The notes: generated from the letters alone by a model not told the origin. Shown: positions 50,502 through 63,737, counted from the stretch's first letter. The stretch is DNA of 64,000 bases from Paraspadella gotoi (GCA_051294375.1 CM119263.1:11342443-11406442); one strand, 5' to 3'. Program-made: numbers and translations.

Positions 50502-51512
50502 CTGAAATTGAATGACGCTTCCTCGACTTTTCCATTTGCGAAGCTCAAGAGTCTTTTTTTTTTCTTCCGTCAATTTCGCACCTGCGTCATCGAAGGCGTC
50601 ATGTCTGTTTGGAAGATCTCCTAGCAACGCTCTTTAAGTGCAAACATCGTCGCGAACTAAACCAATTAAACTAATCTTAACTTGAAAGTGACGATTCTAA
50701 GTACTAAATAAAGACGTCACTTCGAATTTATGATTTCGGAGCATTCATGTCATCGAAACGACAGTTTATACTGCATCCTCTGTTGTGTATTGAGCTCATT
50801 CGTAACTTATAAAAGTCATTCGACTTTTCGCCCTCAACATTAAAGACAAAGAATATGTCACCTGCTCGTCGTATCAATGTTTCACTTTCGATTCTCTGCG
50901 GTGGATCGGAAAATGAATAAAAACGAAAAAAATATCAAACGAAACCATCAAAAACAGAAAAGCGCAAAAAATCAAAGCTTCAGTTCAAAAATTCAAGAAT
51001 CAAAATTTTTGAATAATAAAAACCCGATCGATAATAACGATGACGACGACTGAAACCCGGCGACTAAAACGTTGACGACAAAGAGGAGGAATATTCTATG
51101 AGGTCGAACGTAACCGAGAACGTAACGCGTAAACGAAGATTAGGAGCCTTTGATTTTTCTTAATCATAGATGCTATTTATCTTTTAAATGTTAAGGTCAA
51201 TGTTTATTTTTTTTATTTAAATATATTTTTAGAAATTTTTAATTTTTAATTTTTCAGCGGGTAAAATTTTTCATCGTCCAGCATTTTTCACAGTCTTCTT
51301 ATCTCCATATGTGTATTGCCTAATTGTCATGTTTACATATATCTATCACTATTAATTTGTACCAAGACGTTTAATATTTTCTCTTCCGATCTCATATTCC
51401 TTTTTTTTCTCTTTCCCTCACGTCTTACCTATTTTCTCCTTTTTTTGTCAATTCCCTTTCGTCTACGTCATCTTTTTATTGAGTTTTTCGTTTCCGCTTT
51501 TGCATTTCCAGG

Positions 51513-51544
<32 letters not shown>

Positions 51545-52814
51545 TTCTGTCAAAATATTTTATTGGCCCCCTAATCTTCTGATTTTCTCTTCAACATTTT
51601 CTGACTAAATTCGGCTTCTTTTTTTTAAGTATCTCACTTTTGTTTCTTTCATTCTTTTAACAAGCTACATCTCATTTATCAAGATCCCCGTCGTAGTTTT
51701 CATATTTCTCCTCCCTCGCTCAGCCTCGCTTTTGTTTTCCTTCGTTTACATTCTCTATTTTTCCCTCCATTCTTCTCAATATTCGCCGACTCAGACTCCC
51801 TTCCAATCGATTCCCCCCGTTTTCATTTTGCACCTCTCTCCCCCCCCCACTCTCCACCCCCTCGATTCAAACCTCTTCCATTCTCGTCCCATTCTCTTCC
51901 CTTTGACAGCGGGATTTCCGTTTCAAGTCGTCGGCTCAAAGTCCCTCCAGTCTAATTGCTTTCAAACTGTCAAAACATCAACACAACTGTCAAAAAAACT
52001 TCTTTTAAAATAAAATAAAAAAGGGGGGAAAAAAAGGAAAGAAACTTCTCGTAGCTCGACGTCAAAGATTGGCTGCACTTCCCCCACGAGCGTGAAACAT
52101 TTTTTTTTTAAATTCGTGAATGCTTTGTTTCCGTGAAAGGAAAGGAATATCATAAATGTAAATGAAACAGTCGACAGAGTTTTTCCGTGTCAAACTTGTA
52201 AATACTGAATTCTTTAATTCTTCTTTCTTTCATTCGTTCTTTCACTAAAGCTACTTTAATCAGTAAATCATAAAAGATCAATCATATCATAGAATATCAA
52301 TCATAAAATTGTAACAATAGCTAAAAATTCGGGAAACATTAAAGGTTAGCGCAAGACGAATGAAAATGTTAACACTACCTTTTGATCAGTTTTTGGCGAA
52401 GAAAACTTGAGATCGCAATTGACGTATTGAGGCTTGGAAGATATTACTGCAAAAAAGAAAATAAAAGTAATTAGTTTTTTATAACAATATGGTTTCATTT
52501 CTTTCTATTTTTAGCCATACATATTATGGGTAAGACTCTCTGGTAATAATTGAAGAAAATTTTATAAAACATAACATGATAATGATTGTCATGGTTGTCA
52601 TGGTAGTTGTGGTAGTTGTGGTTGTAGTGACTTTATAATTGTATAGTTTTTGTTATTGCAGAATAAATTTAAATTTCATATAATAGGAAAAAAAATATTA
52701 AAGCGTAATTTTTTTTTTTTCCATTTTAATTTATTTCACTCGGACGATTCTATCGAAATTTGAATTCCAACTCAATCGCCAACTTTACCCACACAAAAAC
52801 ATTTTAGGTCCATC

Positions 52815-53565
52815 AGCAGATTCCGGCTCTATAATTCACTTTGTCGGTTCCGTCTGTCCGCCCCTCCCAATCTTGTCGGGCTTTCACTAATATCTTGTCA
52901 GAACATCGAATATATTGATAATTATGAAAAAATGATGTCCGTCTTGTCTGTCTGTCTGTCTGTCCTTCCGTCCGTCCGTCCGTCCGTCCGTCCGTCCGTC
53001 CGTCCCACCTTAGCAAAAAAACACCAATTACTCGTGATCGTAGGGATGGATTGGAATGAAATTTTGTGTGTGGGTAGCGTTAAGTGTGTGATTGAGCTGG
53101 ATATGAAGGTTCGATGAATCGTCCGAGTGGAAATGAGTAAATGGAAAAAAACAAAAAATTAAATCACTATTTTGAACGCCAATTACTCATGAGTGAATGG
53201 GGCGATTGATTTCAAATTTTGTAGGAAAGTGTGTGATTGAGCAGAAAAATAAGTTTCGATTGAATCGTCCAAGTGGAAATGAGTTGAAATAGAAAAAACA
53301 AACAATCGATTTCACTATTTGATTATGCTTTTTATTTTTATATTAAATGTAAATTCAAGCTACATTAATTAATTATTAATAAATAAGTAATTAATTAATT
53401 ATTAATTATTTGTAATTAATTAATTAATTGATCGAAATGTTTGTTTTCTGATTGAGGAGACGAGACAAAGTGGAAAACGATTTTGACACGAATAAAAATT
53501 AGATTAATTAATTAATTAATTATCATGATCGTGGCAGATCCGGCCATTGTTTGCTCAAACTCGTT
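52815..53565 (+). mobile_element. Non-autonomous Helentron-associated element (HINE/DINE-1/pearl-like)
   Basis: 5' agcagattccggctctata, then a (GTCT/GTCC)n microsatellite at ~52945-53005. Two ~145-bp core repeats start at 53034 and 53179. The 3' end has subTIR gcagatccggc (53534-53544), hairpin gtttg-ct-caaac and tcgtt. This is the typical HINE layout. Confidence 0.65.
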
Positions 53566-53665
53566 TGTCATTATTCTTCATAATTGGAAGTTCTGAGGTG
53601 GTAAAAGTGATTTATCGATAATGTCTTGGGGTGGGATCGACGGACCGTCAAAGTGGAATGTAGAG

Positions 53666-53746
53666 CGAATTTTGTTTCATATTTTTATAGCCGAATCTGC
53701 TTATAGTATAAGCAGATTCGGCTATAAAAATATGAAACAAAATTCG
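53666..53746. repeat. Perfect inverted repeat: 40-bp arms, 1-nt spacer
   Basis: cgaattttgtttcatatttttatagccgaatctgcttata-g-tataagcagattcggctataaaaatatgaaacaaaattcg. Confidence 0.97.
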
Positions 53747-55611
53747 TCCCGAGTTCTTGAGAAAGAATATTTCAAAATGTCTGACTAAAGTCTTTAGTAC
53801 AGAAATTTGTTTGTTTGACTTCTGGACATGTTATGTTCCAAATATAATTTGGTAAATATTAGCGAACCCTCTCCAACCCTACTCCATGTTACTAGTTATC
53901 ATATCATTTTGGATCCTCCCCGCTATTTTGTTTACTAAAATGATAGAGAGTCGGTTGGGATGCCGCATAGTGACTCCTAACGGAATTTTAGGAACTCGAG
54001 ATAAACAAAAGACTCGACGAGCAGTACAGAAAATAAAAGGTAAATTTTAACGAATATATAAGTTATAATTTTCAATTATATATTATCCCAACAAGTCGAT
54101 TGTAGTAAATTAGAATAATTATAATATTTAACATGCTTACGGGTATTTGTTATTCTCATATCCCAAGTCTAAATCTTATTAAAATATCATTTATTGTTTC
54201 TTTAAATTATTGTAGGTTGTAAGAAATTTTGAGTCAAATGGTTTGCTGCGTGGTTTTATTCCATTCGAAAACATCTGTGCTTTTTAAATATAGAAACACA
54301 TGCAATGGTAATTCAGTGCAACTTACTTCATTCGAACAAGCGTTAATCATTAATCTTGTTTTTAAATATAAATAAAGTTTATATCGATTTTATGCCTATA
54401 GATATGTTGAAACCTAAAGGTAAAATGTTTATTCTTGGTCTTGACCGCTTATCATCGTAAACAGGTTATGATACGGTAACAACTAGGCCGGTTTGGCAAA
54501 AATTACCTGCCTCTTTAAGAGTTTATGAACAATTCGTATTTTGTATTTGTATTTATTATTAATATTTGGTTGCTCTTTTATTTATCTCAGCTCACATATA
54601 ATCGCGTAGTGGGCGAGAAGTCAAAAACTCTGTTCTCCTTTGACTACACGTGCGACTCAAAGAAAAAGGGAATCTGTAAAAGAAACGAGAACAAGAGAGC
54701 AAAAAACGCGAAAGAGCGAGAGAGCGAGAGAGCGAGAGAGCGAGAGAGCGAGAGAGCGAGAGAGCGAGAGAGCAAAAACGCTAGAACGAGGAAGAAAGAT
54801 TCATCATTTCAGGTCGACGTGACTTTCTGATAAAATCTTCCATAACTTTGATCGAGAAGAAAAAAGTTACGTATAATCTCTTTTCGCTTTTATTTTCCTG
54901 ATTTCTTAATTTGCAAGCTCTTTAGCATCAAAAGCCTTGTACGTAAGATTTAGCCGAAAATTAAATTTGAATTGACTTTTCAAGAAAGGCCACCCCAAAA
55001 AAAAAAAACAAAAACATTTCCTAAAAAACAAAACCGAGAAAAGGAAAAACGACGTGTTTCTTAATTAGTATTCACGCCTCACAAGGATTCGTTTTACAGC
55101 CCTCCTTTTTAGCCAAGTTTTTTTCTCTTCTGGAGAAAAGGTTTAAGTACTACTTTGCTTCTAATCTAAATCGGTTCTTATCTTAATTCTAGGACATTAG
55201 ATATCAGCTGTAAAATGCGTGTAGTCGGGTATTGCGACAAGATCCCTCTGCCCTCTTCTTGAGAAAAGCCATGAGCTCCTAACCATCGGGTACAGGGATC
55301 GATCACCGAAAGTGACTACCCTACGGAAGGCCTTATCTACGAACATAGACAAATGATGAAACTAAATAATTTCGACAATTTTCTGTAACGGAAAATTCTT
55401 TTAATATAAATTAATTTGTTTCATTTAAACTATACTTAAAATAAAATATATCTCTGTAAAGTTAATGAAGATATACACAACGAAAATTTACTACCGCTAC
55501 AATTCTACAACAATCAACAATCATTAATTTTTTTAAAAAGACAGCTACAAATATACCATAGACAGCTTGAAACTCGGTGATTATAGATATAAAAAATTTA
55601 AAAAAAAAAGG

Positions 55612-55817
55612 AACAAGGTGTTGCGCCGCCTTACTTTCTTTTTACTTATGATATCATTAATTCCTTATTGTTTATAAGATATCTTTAATTTTTAACAAAT
55701 GAGCAACAAACAATAGGCAAGTTATAAGCGTTTTTAATGTAAGTGGGACAGGACGACGACGACCCGAAAAGTGAACTTATAGAGTTGCTCCGCGAGTACT
55801 CGCGGCGGAACTAAAAA
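55612..55817 (-). mobile_element. Mini HINE-like element, copy 2 (longer interior)
   Basis: The minus strand begins tttttagttccgccgcgagtactcgcggagcaactctataag and ends gcggcgcaacaccttgtt, the same termini as 46966-47050. Confidence 0.6.
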
Positions 55818-55835
55818 TAGTGTTAAAGGACTTAC

Positions 55836-56292
55836 CAGTTATGGTTGGAACGAAATACTGCGACGATGACGACGACGACGATGTTAACGAAGATGACGAT
55901 GATGATGATAGCTTTGAAAAAGCCCTGGAACGGAGCAGAGAGGAGAGACGAAAGTTGCAAGGCGTCGAGAGGAGCGGGGAGACGTGGCAAAGTCCTTCGT
56001 CTTTACCACGGTCGTTCTCCGCTTTGTCACGGCCGGTCGCGTGAACTCGGCCGTGGCAGCTGTAGTAACAGCGAATACGAATTCCGTTTTTGACGCTAAC
56101 GTTCGCTAAACTTTCAGGAAATTTTGATGGCGGCGCCGAAGCGAATGAGAAGAGACGGCGGCGCCGAGATCCGTTGGCATCCGGGGATCCGCCTCCGGCA
56201 GAAACGCAAACCCGGATGTCGTTGAAGAGGGAGTTGTTCCGCGGCGACGGGCGACAGAGGCGAGAACGGCAACAAAACAACGTCGACGCCAT
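55836..56292 (-). CDS. First coding exon of a minus-strand gene of unknown family (Arg/Ser-rich N-terminus, possibly a mitochondrial presequence)
   Basis: ATG in aaATGgcg context, 152 open codons, strong donor ACT G|gtaagt in phase 1. Confidence 0.6.
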
Positions 56293-57167
56293 TTCTAGTT
56301 TTAGTCAAATTCAATCTTTGTTTCTCTTTAATTTTGTTTCGTTTCGTTTTGTGGAGATCGGTCGAAAAAAGAAAATGGCTGAGGTTTTGAAACTAAAACC
56401 GTGAAAAAATAACAACAATAACAAATTCGTCCAACATCCGGCTATTTTACATTCTCATTGCGCATTTACCATTTTTCAGATTCTCTGACGTCTTTTCTTC
56501 CTTTTTTCTTCCTTTATTCTTTTTTTTTATTCTTTTTCTAAATTAATTATTCTCGTCGCGATGTTTTTCCGAATCCTCTGCTTTCTCTTCACAACTCGTT
56601 TAATTTTCATGAGAAAACCATTTTTGCTTTAGGTTTTCGTTTTCACCAGAGTCCCCGTGAAAAACCTTGTGACTTTTTCCTTAAGTCGGATTTCCCTTCT
56701 TTGTTTTGTTGCTTTTGTTTTTCTTATTTTTTATTATATAAAGGTTTAAAGTCCCGTAAAACGGTTTGTAGTAAAAAAACAGTATGCAAAAATCCTTAGC
56801 GTTTTTAAAATTGGTTTATTACGATGACAGAAACGAGAAACGAATAATGAAAGTTCCGATAAATTCAACCCAGATGTCGAGGATTCTCAAATTATAAGTT
56901 TCGTAGTCCCGACAGAGGACGTTCGATCCCGACGAACTGATTCGCGATGCGTGGGAGGACGAAGACGAGAGACAGCGAAATGTCGGATTTGAAAATAATC
57001 CCTATCGCGTTTCACAGAAAAAAGATGGAGAGGACTGGAAGTTTCCATTTGTATTCATGAGTCGAATTATTCACCCCCGCCACCCCAAAAAAAATATCTC
57101 AATCTTTTTTTTTTTTATTCGTACGAATCGAAACCTGAAGAGAGGGAAGGAGGGAAAAAGTATTTCA

Positions 57168-57213
57168 GTGAAAGAGTGGTGAAAGAGTGGTGAAAGAGTG
57201 GTGAAAGAGTGGT
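57168..57213. repeat. 11-bp tandem repeat (GTGAAAGAGTG), 4 copies
   Basis: Seen directly in the sequence. Confidence 0.9.
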
Positions 57214-57876
57214 CGGTGAAAACCGTTTACGCAGCTCCGGCCAACGTGTTTTGACCTGAGGGAGAAAATGGAGAGGAAGAGAAAAAAAAATGTTTATTTC
57301 TGTTTTTTTATTTATTTACCGATAAAACCGGGAAAGGAAGAAAAATACGTCGTTTTATTTTTATTGAGGCGGTAAAGGAGGTGGGAGAGAGAGAGAGAGA
57401 GAAAAGGGAGAGAGAGAGAAAAGGGAGATAGTTCGATGGAGGAAATGAAGAAAGAAAAGAGCAGAGAAATAAAGAAGGTTACAGCTGACTTTGGCGTCGT
57501 TGTTTTGTTTTTTTTTGGGGGTTTTTTTTCTTTGTTTTGTTTCATTATTAGAAAACAAAATCGTTTGTTCCCTCATCGTTTTGAAAATTAAACAAAAACA
57601 GGCACGGTCTTGAACGACGGTCCTCATTTTAATCTTGTTCTAGATCGAGATGCGGGCGTAAGACGCTTCGTATTTGTGTCGGTATTGACAGAAAATTAAT
57701 TACAACCGTCAAGACTGCTTTTTTGCCGTTTATATCGAATAGTTATCTTTTTAAATTCAATTGTTTATTGGGCGTGTCACGTTGGCGTCGACTTTCTCGT
57801 TGGCGTTACAGAGAAATCGATTCGTTGGCTGCTATAAAAAGCGCAACGGTTCTTTTTTCCCCTCGAATCGCTCACA

Positions 57877-57912
<36 letters not shown>

Positions 57913-58202
57913 AAAGGCAATCTCGCGGTTCATTCGAGATACGAGGAATCTTCAACAAAAATTTGCTGATTTAAAACAGCGAATGAAAAACACGAATTCG
58001 AAAGATAAGGGGAATCCCGCCGATGAGAATAACTAAAGAAAAATTGTAAACATAAAAATCATTTTCCCACTTATCGTGTAAATTGTCTGTTTGATGATCG
58101 AAAAGAAGATTGGGAAAATGAATCATAATAAAACTAATATAGGTGATCAGTTGTTAAAACCGGCGTGTAAAAACTGGTTTGACGAGTTCGAAGGAGAGGG
58201 GA

Positions 58203-58265
<63 letters not shown>

Positions 58266-59321
58266 TTCGGGTGACAAGTTCACTCCCGTAAAGTTAATTT
58301 TCGCCATTTGATATAGGGCACCGAGATATGTTTGTAACCGAGCCGATGTTTCTATGCTCAGTACTAAGCGAACGAAAGTAATGTCTTTTTTAAATTTTTT
58401 TTTAAAAAGATTCCACAATTAATTCATTAACTAAACAAAAAAACCTTGGGACTAACGTTAAGAGAATTATGCAGCTTGAAGCTACAACGGAGTAAAACAC
58501 GTCAAGAAAAAAAAAAGTTCTCAGGTAGAAAGAGAAATTTGCGACGGTGCGTTGCTCGTGGTAGAGAAAAACTCCTTGTGAAGGTCAACTCAATGATGGA
58601 CTAAGAATAGATCGTCGCGGTCGTCGTCGTCTTCGTCGTCGTCTTCCTTCTTGCTTGTACCTGCTTTTCTTCTCCTTCCTTTCCTTCTTTCTCTTTCTTC
58701 TCACAATGTTTGAAAGAACAAAGCATCGACGATGGTTATTGCAAAATGAAGCCGCGCCTTCGTCCGCGCGCGAAGACGCGACGGAGCGTCATCAACTCAT
58801 TTTTCATTCACCTTACTTTTTTTTTTTTTTTTGACCCGTCACGCGCGCGATGTTTTTCAACCCATCAATCACCGGAACGGCGTTAAAATTCGTTCCAGTT
58901 GTGACGCGCCTCGTTCAAAATTCCAAAAAAATTGCGATGGAGAGAAAGATTATCGAAACGATGTCAGTTGAGCACGAGCCTGATATTTACGGGGACGACG
59001 AGCGCATTCTTTTAATTTGAAATTCTTCTCAATGGATTTTGTAAGTCGTGGGGGACGTTTCTACGGTCATTCCTCTCTCTTACCGACGGCTAAACTCACG
59101 TGGACACATCGACAAACATGGCGGCTGTAAAAAACCGACCAACAACCAGGCATAACACTAATCGAATCCTCTTAATACAATTTTTTACTTAATGATCGTT
59201 ATTAACGAGATAAATTAAAATCCCCCCCTTCTCTTCTTCCCTCGAGCTTTCACGTTTTCTCATTTCCCGAGGAGATACAGTCTTTTCCCCTTCTCACCTT
59301 TTGGCGCTTAACATTATTCAG

Positions 59322-59641
59322 GCGTTCACCTTTCGCCCGACGTCGTTATTCAGGCGTCCGTCAATCCGGTCGCGATTAATTCTGAATCTCCACCGCGGGA
59401 GAAACGCGCCTCTAGTGACACGGACGACAAAGTCGACGACGTCGACAATGATGTCGATACTGAGAAAGACATCGACGAAGAGCTCGACAAAGACAAAGAC
59501 ATTGACGAAGAGCTCGACAAAGACAAAGACATTGACGAAGATCTCGACAAAGACAAAGACATTGACGAAGATCTCGACGCTGGGGTTGTCGTCTCACCGA
59601 TCACAAATTACTCTTTTGAGAAGCAAAGTTTAGTATTGTGA
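59322..59641 (+). CDS. Putative terminal exon encoding an Asp-rich repeat peptide (parent gene unresolved)
   Basis: Two candidate acceptors ttattcag (exon start 59322 or 59354). Frame reads ...PPREKRASSDTDDKVDD...(DIDEELDKDK)n...EKQSLVL*. AATAAA at 59672-59677. Confidence 0.4.
59468..59578. repeat. 30-bp tandem repeat, ~3.7 copies
   Basis: Unit GACAT(C/T)GACGAAGA(G/T)CTCGACAAAGACAAA starts at 59468, 59498, 59528 and 59558 (partial). Confidence 0.95.
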
Positions 59642-59777
59642 TTACCTACTACGTTTTTAAGTTTTAATTATAATAAAAATTTTGTCAATTGATTCGTAAA
59701 TTCGTGAATTTTGTTTGCGAGAAAAAAGCTGAGCGAATGAGAGGTTCAGGAAAAGGAGGGAATATGCAATCGACAAA

Positions 59778-59890
<113 letters not shown>

Positions 59891-60435
59891 CTATTCCAAA
59901 CACCGACACCAAAAACAGAATAGCGATGAGTCGCCAGGATGTCAATTTCATCGGGAAAACCGGATCCGCTTCTACCAAAACACATTTTTTTTTATGTCCA
60001 GACAAAAAAAAGTCTGCTACTCGCGTTGCTGTTCGACGCAAAATCGAATAACTCGAATTCTGTCACGCGTTTCCCGACGTTTGACAGAAGCCTCTCGATA
60101 AAGAGAGCGAAGAGGGAGAAGAGAGATAGAGAAAGAGAGAGAGAGAGAGAGAGGGGGGGCGGATGGAATTCGTCGCAAGTTCACAATTTAAGTCACGCTT
60201 CGAAGTAGAGCTAAATGCCAATAACAAGAACTCGATTTGATAACTCGGCCTTGTTAAAGTTAGAATTGGTAGCTTCTTTTTCCCGCGAACCGAATGCCCT
60301 TTCGGGCCTTTTTTCATATCATTCATCGCGATTATCGGAAGCCGTGTGATAACAAAAAGAGTTTTCACAGAACACTGAGACGGTAGATAGATAAAAAGAC
60401 CACTTAAACAGATACTGATAATAGATAATTATATG

Positions 60436-60496
<61 letters not shown>

Positions 60497-60622
60497 CATT
60501 GAAGTTCGATCAAAAGGCGTAACATGAGATTTCAAAGTCTAACGAGTTTCAGCCCGACTTACGTCTCGACGAATTAATGGAAAAAGGTTTTCGATTTAAT
60601 TGAAATTCGGATTTTGCGAAGG

Positions 60623-63600
60623 ATGAAGTCAGCGTATCACCGGAAGTGGCTGAAATTGCCCGTTTGGATGACTCTTTTGTTGACGGCTTTGTGGGCGTGT
60701 CTCGCTGGAGCCGCGTCAATAACTTCCTCGATGGAATCTTCGTTTTCATCATCGTCTTTGTCGTCGTCGACGATATCATTCTCGTCGCCTTTCCAATCAA
60801 CGTCACCGTCATCGTCGGTGTCGTCGTCGTCGTCGGCATCGTCGTCGTCGTCGTCGGCATCGTCTTCATCATCGTCTTTGTCGTCGTCGACGATATCATT
60901 TTCGTCGCTATTCCAATCAACGTCACCGTCACCATCACTGACCTCGTCGTCGCCGTCGTCGTCGACGGCGTTGTCGTCGTCATCGTCGTCGACGGCGTCG
61001 GCATCGTCTTCATCGTCGTCGTCGTCGTCGGCAACTTCACCTCCGTCGCCGTCCACGCCCTTATCGTCGTCGAGTTCAGAGACCTCAACGTCGTCGTCAT
61101 CCACGCCGTCTTCAAATTCGTCGACGTCTTCTCCTCCCACGTCAACCCCCTCGTCTTTTTCTTCCTCAACATCCCAACCTACAACACCCTCTAACACTCC
61201 AGCCTATCGACGATCCTTTCTCTTGCAACTCTGCTTTTTGCCCAAGTCGGAACGCGTCTTGAAGTTGGGTTCGGACGGCGGAGGCGAGGCCGCCTTGCTG
61301 GAGCTGTCGACGACGCCTTACTTCGAGGGAGGCGAAACTTGCGACGTGACGATCATCGTTGATGAAGGGATCGAGGAAGAATCCTCCTCTTCCTCTTCCT
61401 CTTCCTCTTCCTCATCATCATCTTCCCTCCTTCTCACTTTCCATTTTTTCAAACTCCCCGATAAATTCGATCACATCGACGTTTACGACGGCGCCAACTC
61501 TTCCGGCGCCATTCTGACACCGCGCGGCGGCCTCTGGGGCAAGGTGTGTCCCAACGCCATCGCCAGCTCCGGCGACGCCCTCACAGTGAATTTTCACAGC
61601 GCCAGTGGTCACGTACATAGTGGCGGGTTCACGATCGTTTACACGGCGGTGAAGGAAAAGTCTAAATGCGATAACGAGAGCCAATGGGGGACATTTCTTT
61701 GCGACAACAAAAAGTATTGCATCGACAGGTGGGCGGATTCGGTGGAAGTGAGCAAGGAAAGGCGGGTAAAAAGAAAAGAAAACGAAACAATGGAAAAAAC
61801 AAGAAAAAATAAACTTGCTAGAAAAGAAAAAAAATACAGATCTGGTCAAAAAAAGTTTAAACTACGAAATCTTTCAAAACAGCTAAGCCTTAAAAAAAAA
61901 AGCTGTAACTGTTAAGCTTTGGAAGGTGGGTTTGTTAAGATATAGGATCGCCACAACAGTTGCATTTATCTCTTACAGTCATCCGCAGAGTTGTCAACAA
62001 ATTTGAAGCAACTAGAAACCTTGAACGAGCTGTTGGAAGTAGCAGCTCTGAATGTTCAGTCTTGCAATTCAAAAACCGTAAGGCTTCCTCAAACCTATTA
62101 AAAAAATAAAGATTAAGAAAGAGAGAAATTATTGCCAGTTGTTCAACAGTAAAAAAATTTAAAAAATTATAAAACGCATTTAGCGAGAGCTGAACCCTTC
62201 ATATTTGCGCAGCCTCTATGACTCTTTCCCTCATCACAGAAGCGGTGCTAGAAGGAAAAGGTGGTCTGATAATGTATAATTAATTGAGTCATAAAATAGT
62301 AATTGTTTTTTTTCAAATAATAAAATAAAATTCTTTTATCATGACTATTAATCTTTTTTTTGACCAGATCTGTAGATGGGGACTGGGGAGGTTGAAAAAA
62401 TAATGGCCCGATGCTAAATGGATGTAGATGATTTTATCGGCAGGGAAAAGAAATAAGATGAGCGAGAAAAGGGAGAAAGGAAAAGAGAAGGTAGAATTAA
62501 GCGTCGGAAATTGAACGACTTTTCGTGTAAGGTAGAAGCTATCTCTTTGGGAACGAGATGGCATAGAAAAGTGAGGAGGGAATAAAATCTTCGAGAGACG
62601 AATGAAAAGACGAAAGATCACGAAAACAACCGATGGGAAAAGAAGTCGTTACCCTCGGTGGTCGCACGTGAGAATCTCACAGTCATAGTCGTTTATTATA
62701 GTTTGTATAATTGATTGATGTTAAGTTGTCGCGTTTCACTACACCCAATTCTATTTTTTTCAGAATCATGGAACTGAAAACTAGAGGTTAGAAAACACGC
62801 TCTCAATTTCGGTTTTCAACTGCCGAGTTGTTTTCTTATATTTGTTCTTTACTGAACCGCGGAGAGGGAGTTATTCGTTATTTGAAGGATTCTGTTCAGG
62901 AGCGCCAGCAAAAAAAGGGGGGGAGAGAAAAAAATATTTTGCCCCGAGAATTTGATGAGGTTTCTGGGTCGATCATTTTTCCCGCCATTTCTCATTTTTC
63001 ATCTCGCCCCGCTTCACCTCTGACCCAGCTTCGCATCACGTAGCCTCTCACCTTGCTGCTTCGGTTCGCTATTTCTTTCTTCAACTCATAACTTTCCTTG
63101 ACTCAATTCTTTTCTCCGTCCCACGCCCCTATGCAACGTCGCGCGGAAACCCGACTCTGTTATAAGAAGTATGTCCGTCTGTATGTCTGTCTCTCGGTCT
63201 ATTGACATTAAGTTGCAAAAAGTAAGTTTAAAGAGCTAAAAGTGTTACGGAGAAAGGTTTCGGCGTCTAAATCACGCGTTTTCACAGTTCGAATGAGAAA
63301 GAGGCGGGAAGCAAGAAGGAGAAAAGAAAGCGGGAGGGAAGCAAGCAGGATAAAAGAAAGCACGAGGGAAGCAAGAAAGGAGGAAGGAAAAGAAAGGGAA
63401 AAAAAAGATGAAGAAAAACAAGCCACGCGACTGGTATAGAACGCTGAATACAGCGTCCTTGTTATTTTTGCCCTCAGTTTCTCCTTCGAACCAAAAGATA
63501 TTCGTTCGTTCTTTCAAAGCCCGTCCTTACTTTTCCTCGCCCCGCTGTCTCACTCCCCCCCCCTCGTTCAAGCTCCCTGACCTGCGACGGATGGAGCAAC

Positions 63601-63737
63601 TGCGACGACGGCAGCGACGAATGGGCGTCGCTCTGCGTTCCGCCGCCGAAAGTCGGCGCCGCCATGATCGCCCTCTTTGTCGTCGTCGGCTTCGTCGTCG
63701 TCCTCTTTGTCGTCACGTGCGTCTTGTTTTGTCGAAG
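60623..63737 (+). CDS. Mucin-like Ser-rich, CUB, LDL-receptor class A and TM protein (MIG-13/Culd/NETO-like architecture); exons 60623-61728 and 63573-63737; may continue beyond the window
   Basis: Signal peptide (MKSAYHRKWLKLPVWMTLLLTALWACLAGAA) followed by a long Ser/Thr/Pro tract. CUB motifs: C...TCDVTI...LLTFHFFKL...DHIDVYDG...IASSGDALTVNFHS...GFTIVYTA. LDLa is split by a phase-2 intron (CDNESQWGTFLCDNKKYCID-S-SLTCDGWSNCDDGSDE). TM AMIALFVVVGFVVVLFVVTCVLF. Ends at AG|gtaaaa, or alternatively at AGG TAA. Confidence 0.92.

Noticed and set aside
60549-61197. Poly-Asp (186 aa), poly-Thr (207 aa) and poly-Val (182 aa) ORFs overlapping the CUB gene
   Set aside because: They are alternative-frame readings of TCG-rich mucin codons. 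Only the Ser frame links a signal peptide to the CUB domain.
61729-61915. Lys-rich C-terminus of the 433-aa ORF
   Set aside because: It is intron read-through. The LDLa domain is completed only by splicing 61728 to 63573.
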